A DNA stretch of 64,000 bases from Opitutus sp. (GTDB lineage Bacteria; Verrucomicrobiota; Verrucomicrobiia; Opitutales; Opitutaceae): NCBI GenBank assembly GCA_024998815.1, contig JACEUQ010000003.1:259900-323899 (forward strand), given 5' to 3'. Below, piece after piece: positions 18,756 to 26,900 of this stretch; position 1 is the first letter of the stretch; the number at the start of each line of letters is the position of its first letter. Under the pieces are notes generated by a model, which ran no database searches, had not been told where the DNA came from, and worked only from the letters and a program-made list of their open reading frames with translations. A program made the position numbers and the translations under genes.

Positions 18756-18770
18756 ATGCGTTTTTCGCAT
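18756..18770. promoter_or_regulatory. Putative LysR recognition box
   Basis: Dyad ATGCG-TTTTT-CGCAT fits T-N11-A; lies between divergent yceI and the LysR gene. Confidence 0.6.
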
Positions 18771-18785
18771 AGCTTGGGCAGCAAC

Positions 18786-19679
18786 GTGAACCTGACCCTC
18801 CTGCGCTCGTTTTTCACCATCGTCGAACACGGCAGCCTCAGCCAGGCGGCCGAACGCCTGCACGTCTCCCAATCGACGCTCAGCCGCCAGATGCAGGCGC
18901 TGGAGCAAGAGATCGGAGGGCCCCTGCTGGAACGCGGGCCGGGCGGGGTCGCGCTCAGTGCCACCGGGCATGCGCTCTTTGACGGCATGCAACCGGTTCT
19001 AACCGCCTTTGACACCGTGCTGGGCGAGGTGCGCCGGCGAGCGCGGGGGCAAAGCGAGGAGTTGCGCATCGGTTATCTGCTTTCGGCGGCCTCCGATTAC
19101 CTCAACCCCGCACTGGTCGCACTGCGCAAGGCCCACCCCGAGGTGAAGGTGCGCATGCTGGACCTTTCGCCGGGCGAACAGATCGCGGCCTTGCGCAAGG
19201 GCGATATCGACGTGGGCCTGATCGGCCAGGAAAGCGGCCTGCAATCCAAGGAGTTTTACGTGCGAACGCTCGCGGTGCTGCCGGTGGTGGTAGCGCTGCC
19301 CGCCGACCATAAGCTGGCTGCCGCGGAGAGCGTAAAACTGGGGGAGTTGCGCCAGGAGGTGTTTGTGGGCGCGCACGACCGCGATCTGCCCGGACACAAC
19401 CCGTGGGTCGCCCGGTTGTGCAAACGCGCGGGGTTTCGGGCGCGCTTCGTGCAGGATGCCGACAGCCTGACGCACGCCCTGGCCATGGTAGTGACCGAGG
19501 GCGCGGTGCTGCTGCTGCCCGATTACGCTGCCCAACGCCCGGTGCCTGGAGTGGTGTTTCGCCCGCTCAGCGACACGGGCGCGAAATGGCAGCTCATGGT
19601 GGCGTGGCTACGCGGAAAAACCTCCGCCCCCGTCAAGGTGTTGCTCGCCACCCTGCCCGCCGCAAAACGCCGCGGCTAG
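18786..19679 (+). CDS. LysR family transcriptional regulator
   Basis: GTG start giving MNLTLLRSF...GSLSQAAERLHVSQSTLSRQMQALE HTH; LRIGY. Confidence 0.95.
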   Translation: MNLTLLRSFFTIVEHGSLSQAAERLHVSQSTLSRQMQALEQEIGGPLLERGPGGVALSATGHALFDGMQPVLTAFDTVLGEVRRRARGQSEELRIGYLLSAASDYLNPALVALRKAHPEVKVRMLDLSPGEQIAALRKGDIDVGLIGQESGLQSKEFYVRTLAVLPVVVALPADHKLAAAESVKLGELRQEVFVGAHDRDLPGHNPWVARLCKRAGFRARFVQDADSLTHALAMVVTEGAVLLLPDYAAQRPVPGVVFRPLSDTGAKWQLMVAWLRGKTSAPVKVLLATLPAAKRRG

Positions 19680-19698
19680 GGCTTTTAGGCATTAAAAA

Positions 19699-19755
19699 GT
19701 AGCGCAGACTTCCAGTCTGCTTCGAGCGGGCAGGCAGACTGGAAGTCTGCGCTAC
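19699..19755. repeat. REP family A inverted pair between convergent genes
   Basis: GTAGCGCAGACTTCCAGTCTGC ... GCAGACTGGAAGTCTGCGCTAC. Confidence 0.9.
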
Positions 19756-19772
19756 GACGGCCTCCCTCGCGC

Positions 19773-20279
19773 TCAATCCACCTTGAGCTGCAAATCGGCC
19801 AGCAGCGGGTGCCCGGCGATTTCAAAATGATAAACCCGCCGCGTCGCCCCCTTGGCGGTCGGCACCACCAGATGCGACCCGCGCACGATCGTCGGCAGCG
19901 TCAATTTACAGGGATAACCCAGGTCACAGAGACCGTTTTTAAAATTACCCACGGACATGTTGGTCAGTTCGCCCAGACTGTCTTTAACCAGTTCGAAACC
20001 CTCCGCTTTGATCTCGTCGGGAGTCATGCCGAGGATGAGGCCGGCGACGACTTGGGAGAACGCGTCCGAGAAACGCAGGTGGATAAACCCGTCGATATCA
20101 CCGAGAAAGCCCACGCAACCCATCACCAGTCCGCCATCACCCAAAATGCTGGCGTCGATTTGCGGGGCGCTGTCGATGAAGTTGGCCTTGGTTTTGACGA
20201 GAATGGGGAACACGTGGTCAAACGCCTGCCGAACGGCCCGATCGAGGAGTTCTGGGGTGAGGGGAGCGCGATCAGACAT
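19773..20279 (-). CDS. CheX family chemotaxis phosphatase
   Basis: CVGFLGDIDG, VKDSLGELTNMSVGNFKNGL, CKLTLPTIVRG. Confidence 0.85.
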   Translation of the reverse strand: MSDRAPLTPELLDRAVRQAFDHVFPILVKTKANFIDSAPQIDASILGDGGLVMGCVGFLGDIDGFIHLRFSDAFSQVVAGLILGMTPDEIKAEGFELVKDSLGELTNMSVGNFKNGLCDLGYPCKLTLPTIVRGSHLVVPTAKGATRRVYHFEIAGHPLLADLQLKVD

Positions 20280-20554
20280 GACGAGGAGGAAAAGAGGGGG
20301 ATGGAGAAACGAGTGCGGGCCGCAACCCATGAAGCGGGGATTCCCCTGTATTCGGCGCAAACCCCTTCCGGCTTAAGCCCAAATCAGCAAATGCTCTAGA
20401 TTGGGTGGTTTTTAAGGTGTTTTCCGGCCCCTGAGCGGCCCGAAGCGCTAGACCGGAAGGGGACATGCGGCTCGCCCCACCCACCCTGAGCTCACGCTCA
20501 GGGCCTGGAGTTTGGCCCCAAAAGCAGGTGGATGCGAAGCGGCCGGAGGCCCGG

Positions 20555-21997
20555 TTACGCAGCGCGGAAGAGTGCTTCAGCCAAGAAGGGTGGCGCTTTT
20601 GATGAGTTCGTGGAGGGAGGGTCGGTCGACGTGAAGTCGGAGAAACTCTCTGGGGCGATCTGGTCGGCCCAGCATTCGCTGCGCAGGGTGCGCAAGAGGT
20701 CCCCCGTGGAACTGGTCGCAGGCGAGGCGCCCGAAGAGTGCGTGCGCCATTTGGGCGGGCGAAGATGCGGCGGCGGATCAGGGGTTTGCCCCGCAGGATC
20801 GCCGAAGAGCAGGGCGGCGATTAACAACAGCGCATAGGCGGCGACGGTGGCGGCGGGTTGGTTGCGGTTGGAGGCGGCGGTGCGCAGTTGTGCCTGGCCG
20901 GTGCCGATCAGGGTTTTCTCATCCCGGAAGTTTCCCTCGATGCCCCAACGCCAGAGGTAATACTGGAGTTGGTCACCCACGGGCATATCCGGGTCGGTGC
21001 AAACCAAGAAGGCAGGCTGGCGATAGAGCAGCTTCGAGCCTGCGCGCAATCGGTAGCCCACCGGGGCGATCACCATGACTTGCAACGGGAGCGTCGCCCC
21101 GGCTTTACGCCACAGCACCGGCCCGAGGGTCTTGATTTTAAAGGTGTGCTTTTTTCCGGCCGCATAAGCCTCGACGCTTTGCCAGGCCACGGTGTCGTCG
21201 GTGCGCAGCTCTTCCGGGGTCTGGACCGGCGCGCCATAGACCGGCGGGCGACCGGTGGCCGCGGGTGGTCCAGGCAGGGCGTTGAGCACGGCGTCCCGGC
21301 GGATCCGGCCGATATAAACGGTCTTGGCGGGCAGGCCCTTGAGTACGACCGCATTGGTGTAACTGTCATCGCCGGCGACCACCAGTTTGCGCGTGTCTGG
21401 CAGCGCCTGGCGAAGCTGCTGGATGCGGGCGAGCGCGACGACATTAAGCCGCTGCTGTTTTTTCTTCTCCGTGTACTGCTGAACCTCGTCGGTAGTGGCT
21501 TTTTTACCCGGCTTTGGCGGCGTCGGCGCGTGGGTGAAATCCACCGGAATCATCCGGGCGTGTCCGTCGGAACCAGGCCAGGCCGCAGAGAGTTGCACAT
21601 AGCGCTGGCCGCGCACCAGGTTGGTTTGGAACGCGGGGCCGAGCGGATCGCGTTTCCAGCCGACGCCGTCGATCTTGACCCCGGTTTTGCGTACCAGGGT
21701 GTCATCGATGGCGGCCACCAACGGGGTAAGCGCCGGCAGGTTTACCTCAAGCTCATGGAGGACCGTGCGGAAAAGCCCCGCCGGCTTCACCCGGTCACGC
21801 GAATACAACCGGTAGTCGGCCGTCCAGTCCTGCTGGGCACGCCCGCACAGACAAATCAGGTTGGTAAGAGTCCCCCGGCACGGTGAAACCAGTGCCGCCA
21901 TGAGATGCCCCTGCAGTCTCCGGGCGCACTCGGGGGCGGCGCAAGCCGCAGCACAAGCCCGTTTCATAAGTCGTCCCAGCCGATCGGATAAACCCAA
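20555..21997 (-). CDS. DDE transposase (IS701-like/DDE_5-type); frame actually opens at the slippery site 22009
   Basis: AAIDDTLVRKTG, VVAGDDSY, YLWRWGIEGNFRDEK. Confidence 0.88.
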   Translation of the reverse strand: MGLSDRLGRLMKRACAAACAAPECARRLQGHLMAALVSPCRGTLTNLICLCGRAQQDWTADYRLYSRDRVKPAGLFRTVLHELEVNLPALTPLVAAIDDTLVRKTGVKIDGVGWKRDPLGPAFQTNLVRGQRYVQLSAAWPGSDGHARMIPVDFTHAPTPPKPGKKATTDEVQQYTEKKKQQRLNVVALARIQQLRQALPDTRKLVVAGDDSYTNAVVLKGLPAKTVYIGRIRRDAVLNALPGPPAATGRPPVYGAPVQTPEELRTDDTVAWQSVEAYAAGKKHTFKIKTLGPVLWRKAGATLPLQVMVIAPVGYRLRAGSKLLYRQPAFLVCTDPDMPVGDQLQYYLWRWGIEGNFRDEKTLIGTGQAQLRTAASNRNQPAATVAAYALLLIAALLFGDPAGQTPDPPPHLRPPKWRTHSSGASPATSSTGDLLRTLRSECWADQIAPESFSDFTSTDPPSTNSSKAPPFLAEALFRAA

Positions 21998-22221
21998 CTG
22001 GACTTTTTTTTAACGCCTACGTCCACCAGCTCGGGCGTGACCGGCATAACGGGCGCGACCAGACTGCGTGAGAGGACCAAATGATGCGCGTCGGTGACGG
22101 TCCACTCGACGGCCTCCGACTTGGCGAACCCCATCGTCTGGGCGATGGAAGCGGGTAATGTCACATACCACTGCTCACTGTTTTTGCGGATGATGCGCTG
22201 AACTTTGGTGGTGGTGCTCAT
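21964..22221 (-). CDS. AbrB/MazE/SpoVT-type DNA-binding domain protein (IS orfA)
   Basis: KVQRIIRKNSEQWYVTLPASIAQTMGFAKSEAVEWTVTDAHHLVLSR; 85 aa; overlaps orfB across A_AAA_AAG. Confidence 0.75.
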   Translation of the reverse strand: MSTTTKVQRIIRKNSEQWYVTLPASIAQTMGFAKSEAVEWTVTDAHHLVLSRSLVAPVMPVTPELVDVGVKKKSSWVYPIGWDDL

Positions 22222-22325
22222 GGTCCGACACCATCGTTCATGGCCACGCTTTTTCCCATGGGCCCGACGCCCCATTTATCTCTACGGCCTTCTCCGGGCC
22301 AACTAGTCAGAGGCCAAACTCCAGA

Positions 22326-22593
22326 CCTTGAGCTCACGCTCAAGGCCACGTTCGGGCGGGTGCGGCCTGGAGTGTGCCTTTGCCTGGGTGGCTTTGGCTC
22401 GGTGTGGCTTCGTGCGTGAGCACGAGGTGTTTTTTCTGGCTGCGGTGCGCCGAATCCTTGAGCTCACGCTCAAGGCCACAAGGAGTGTGTTCGCGAAGAG
22501 TGTGGCCTTGAGCGTGAGCTCAAGGATTCGGCTGATCTGCGTTCGACTAGTCAGGGGCCAAACTCCAGACCCTGAGCTCACGCTCAGGGCCAC
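22326..22593. repeat. Cluster of four REP-B units plus a solo IS right end (22546-22568)
   Basis: REP-B at 22326, 22456, 22502, 22570; ACTAGTCAGGGGCCAAACTCCAG matches the IS right end with 1 mismatch. Confidence 0.9.
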
Positions 22594-22669
22594 GCCCGGC
22601 ACGGGAACTCGTTTGTGATCGGGCGCTAAAAATCCTGTCCTTTCCCCGGCGTTTGCCTATCTCCGGCTG

Positions 22670-23773
22670 ATGTCGTCTTCCCTCCTCAATCTTTATGGCC
22701 TTACCCGTGCCGAACTCGGTGCGCTGGTGAGCGGGTGGGAGATCAGCCCCGTGCACGCGGCGCGGCTCTGGCGTTACCTTTACCTCGATGGCGCCGTCAG
22801 CCTGGCCGATATGCCGGAACTGCCCGCGCGGTTGCGCGCGAAGCTGGAGGCCGAAACCACGTTTGGCCACTTGGCAACCACCCGGGAAACCCATTCTAGT
22901 GATGGGTTTACCCGCAAATACCTGCTCGGCCTCCACGACGCCCACCTCATCGAAACCGTGCTGATGCGCTTCAAGGGGCGCACCACCGCGTGCATCAGTT
23001 CGCAGGTGGGCTGCGCGATGGGCTGCGTGTTTTGCGCCACCGGCCAGATGGGTTACACCCGCCACCTCAGCGCCGCCGAGATCGTCGCGCAGGCCGTTCA
23101 CGTGGACCGGGTGTTGCGCTCCACGGCACTGGACGCACCGGCGTTGTCCGAGGGCGCGCACGCCTCGCCTCACCACCGCCACGAGCGCCTGCGCAACATC
23201 GTGCTCATGGGCATGGGCGAGCCGTTGCACAACTACGACTCGGTCATGAAGGCCGTGGACATCCTGTGCGATGGCACCGGCATGGCGTTGGGGGCCAAAA
23301 AAATCACGCTTTCCACCGTCGGTGTGGTGCCGGGCATCATCCGCATGACCGATGAAAAACGCAGCGTGTGCCTCGCGGTTTCGCTGCACGGCGCGACGCA
23401 GGCCGAGCGCGCCGCGTTGGTCCCGGCGGCGCGCGCCTGGCCGCTGGAGGCGCTCATGGAAGCCTGCCGCTATTACACCGAAAAGTTGGACCGGCGGATT
23501 TTCTTCGAGTGGACGCTCATCGAGGGCAAAAACGACGGCGCCGAACAGGCGCATGCGGTGGGCGCGCTGCTCAAGGGCATGCAAGCGCAGGTGAACCTGA
23601 TCCCGCTCAACCCGACCTCCGGCTACACGGGCGCGCCCAGCCACACCGGGGCGGCAAAGGCGTTTCAAACGGTTCTGGCGGGCTATGGACTGCCGAGCAC
23701 GGTCCGGCAGCGGCGCGGCATCGATATCGGCGCCGGTTGCGGCCAGTTGGCCGTGGCGGAGAAGACGAGGTGA
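22670..23773 (+). CDS. rlmN: Dual-specificity 23S rRNA/tRNA methyltransferase RlmN
   Basis: CISSQVGCAMGCVFCATG (radical SAM), VLMGMGEP, AVSLHG, GIDIGAGCGQL. Confidence 0.95.
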   Translation: MSSSLLNLYGLTRAELGALVSGWEISPVHAARLWRYLYLDGAVSLADMPELPARLRAKLEAETTFGHLATTRETHSSDGFTRKYLLGLHDAHLIETVLMRFKGRTTACISSQVGCAMGCVFCATGQMGYTRHLSAAEIVAQAVHVDRVLRSTALDAPALSEGAHASPHHRHERLRNIVLMGMGEPLHNYDSVMKAVDILCDGTGMALGAKKITLSTVGVVPGIIRMTDEKRSVCLAVSLHGATQAERAALVPAARAWPLEALMEACRYYTEKLDRRIFFEWTLIEGKNDGAEQAHAVGALLKGMQAQVNLIPLNPTSGYTGAPSHTGAAKAFQTVLAGYGLPSTVRQRRGIDIGAGCGQLAVAEKTR

Positions 23774-23780
23774 GCGGCGG

Positions 23781-23961
23781 AAAGTAGCGCAGACTTCCAG
23801 TCTGCTCCGGTGGCCAGGGCCGGACTTCAATCCATTTGGCCGCGAAGGATCGCAGAGAACGCATAGAAATACAGGTGGATTGTTCTTTGCGCTCCTTGCG
23901 TTCTTTCGCGGCAAAACTGCCTTGGGTGACTTCGGAGCAGACTTCCAGTCTGCGCTACTTT
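23781..23961. repeat. Composite: REP-A pair enclosing a family-C pair, between convergent rlmN and gltB
   Basis: REP-A arms 23781-23808 and 23934-23961; family C at 23835-23915. Confidence 0.88.
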
Positions 23962-23981
23962 TTCCCCCGCCCCCGAAGCCG

Positions 23982-26900
23982 TTATCCGGCAGGATAACGG
24001 AGCACGGGCTTGGGCGCGTCGGGCGTCGGCGCGAAGGGCACCACTTTCCAGAACTTGGCCACCGTCGCAGCCCAGTCCGCCAGCAACGCCTGCGCATACG
24101 GGCTCGTCGTCGCTTTCGCGTGCGCCGCCACCAGCTGCTTCAGGCTTTCGATTTCCTCGGCCCCGCTCAGGCGCTCCAGGCCGATCATCGCCGGGTTGAT
24201 GTTCTTCGGCAGGCTCTCGGCGGGGTCATAAATGAAGGCCAACCCGCCGCTCATACCGGCGCCGAAATTGCTGCCAGTCGGCCCGAGAATCACCACCGTG
24301 CCCACCGTCATGTACTCGCAGCCGTGGTCACCCACGCCTTCGACCACGGTGGTCGCCCCGGAGTTACGCACCGCGAAACGCTCACCCGCCCGCCCCGCCG
24401 CAAACAGCGTGCCGCCGGTCGCCCCGTACAAGCAGGTGTTGCCCAACAGCGCCTGCTCGTTCCACGCAAAGGTCTCGCTCGGCTTGGGGCGCACGATGAT
24501 CTCACCGCCGTTGATGCCTTTGCCCACGTAATCGTTGGCCTCGCCAATCAGGGTCAGGCGCAGGCCGTTGACCAAAAACGCGCCGAAACTCTGGCCGGCC
24601 GAACCGGTAAAGGTCAGGTCGATCGTGCCCGCCGGCAGGCCTTCGTTGCCGTGCTGGTAGGCGATCTGGCCGGAGATCTGCGTGCCGATGTCGCGGTTGA
24701 CGTTGGTCACCTTGTAGCGGGCAACCAGCCGCGAGGACTCGCCCAGAATGACGTCGCGCGCCTCCTGCAGGATTGCCTCGTCGAGCGAGCCTTCGCCACC
24801 GAAACGCTCGTTGCGCTGGCGGGTGTGGAAACGGTCCGTTTCGCCCGAGGGATCGGGGTTGTGCAACAGGCCGGAGAGGTCGACCAACTTGCTCTTCGGG
24901 TTCGCCGGGTCGTCGATCTGCTCCAAGAGGTCAACGCGACCGACAATCTCGTTGAGGTTACGCGCGCCGAGTTTGGCGAGGTAATGGCGCACGTCCTCGG
25001 CGACGGCGTTGAAGAAGTTGATGATGTTCTCGGGCTTGCCGCGGAACTTGGCGCGCAGGTCTTCGCGCTGGGTGGCGACGCCGACCGGGCAGGTATTCAA
25101 GTGGCAAACACGGAACATCGCGCAGCCGCCGGCGATGAGCGCGGCGGTGCCGAAGTTGAACTCCTCGGCGCCGAGCAACGCAGCGATCACGATGTCGCGG
25201 CCGGTTTTCATGCCGCCGTCGGTGCGCAACGTGACGCGGCCACGCAGGCCGTTCATCATCAGAACCTGGTGGGCCTCGGCCACGCCGATTTCCCAGACCG
25301 AGCCGGCGTTTTTGATCGAGGCGAGCGGCGAGGCGCCCGTGCCGCCATCGTGGCCGGAGACCAAGATGACGTCGGCGTAGGCCTTGGCCACGCCGGCGGC
25401 GACGGTGCCGACGCCGGAGCTGGAGACGAGTTTAACGCAGACCTTGGCGCGCGGGTTAACTTCCTTGATGTCGAAGATCAGCTGGGCGAGGTCCTCAATC
25501 GAGTAGATGTCGTGGTGCGGCGGGGGCGAGATGAGCGTCACGCCGGGCACGCTGAAGCGCAGCTTGGCGATGAGCGGGGTGACCTTGGCGCCGGGCAATT
25601 GGCCGCCCTCGCCGGGCTTGGCGCCCTGGGCCATCTTGATCTCGATTTCCTTGGCGGAAGACAGGTAAGCGGGCGTGACACCGAAACGACCGGATGCGAT
25701 CTGCTTGATCGCGGAGTTGGCGTTGTCGCCGTTGGCGCGGACGTTGAAACGGTCGGGATCCTCGCCGCCTTCGCCGGAGTTGGATTTGCCGCCGATGCGG
25801 TTCATGGCGATGGCGAGAGCCTCGTGCATCTCGGGCGAGAGCGCGCCCATCGACATACCGGCGGTGGTGAAGCGCTGGCGGATTTCCTCGATCGGCTCGA
25901 CCTCGTCGAGGGCGATCGGCGTGGCGGCGGAGAAGCGGATCTTGAGGATGTCCTTGATGGAAACCGGCGCGTGGTCGTCGGCCTGGGTTTTCCACTCGTT
26001 GTAGGATTCGGCAGAACCGCCGGCGCGCACGAACTTGTTCATGGCGGAGACGACCTTGGGGTTCCAACCGTGGAACTCGCCTTCGCCCTTCTTGTTGACG
26101 CGGTAATACCCCTCATTGCCGAGGTCGGCGGGAGCGGAGCTCAGAGGTAAGAGCTCAGAGCTGGGAGCTTGGGGCTGGGAGCTCGGAGCTGGGAGCTCAG
26201 AGCTCTTAGCTCCTAGCTCATAGCTCGCCTCGGGATAAGCGCGGGAGTGGCGGCGGAGGGCCTCTATGGCGATCTCGGGGTAACCGATGCCGCCGATGGG
26301 CGAGGCGGTGCCGGTGAAGTTCGCCTCGATGAGTTTCTTGGAGACGCCAAGGGCCTCGAACATCTGCGCGCCCCGGTAGGAGAGCAGCGTGGAAATGCCC
26401 ATCTTGGCCATGATCTTGAGCAGGCCGGCGTCGATGGTGGTCTTGTAGTTGAGCAAGGCCTGGGCGACGGTGACCGGCTTGGTGGTGGCCCCGGAGGTGG
26501 CCAGACCGGCAACGAGCTCGAGCGCAAGGTAGGGGTTAACCGCATTGCTGCCGAAGGCGAGCAGGGTGGCGATCTGGTGAACGTCACGGGCTTCGCCGGT
26601 CTCGGCCATGAGGTCGGCCTGCAGGCGTAAACCGGCGCGCACCAGCTGCTGATTCACCGCACCGACGGCCAGAAGCATCGGAATGGCGGCCAGCTTGGCG
26701 TTCGCACCGCGGTCGGAAACGATCACCAGCTTGGCGCCGGCCTTGCCGACGGCGGCCTCGGCCTGGGCAGCGAGGGCCTTGACGGCGGCCTCGAGCGCGT
26801 CGGGGCCTTGCGAGGCGTCGAACAGGGCGGGCAGACGCACGACGCGATCCTTCAGGAAGGACACCTCAAAGAGCGCGGCCACCTCGTGGTCGAACAGGAT

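Larger units (their letters stand above)
20505..22324 (-). mobile_element. IS701-like insertion sequence, copy 1 (1820 bp), with AbrB-like orfA and DDE orfB
   Basis: 13-bp TIR CTGGAGTTTGGCC; near-identical copy at 45434-47253; flanked on both sides by REP-B hairpins. Confidence 0.92.

Noticed and set aside
20340-20462. c-di-GMP-I riboswitch-like text (CGCAAA...CCGGCTTAA) near cheX
   Set aside because: It is on the strand opposite cheX and lacks the GGCAAAC-GAAA P2 stem; only a 10-bp inverted repeat (20362-20371, 20453-20462) is supported.
3926-22618. Short ORFs containing PERELR/PELTLRAT peptides (3926-4267, 12778-13038, 15024-15362, 22303-22618)
   Set aside because: They are translations of REP-B and MITE sequence in intergenic space, with no evidence of coding.
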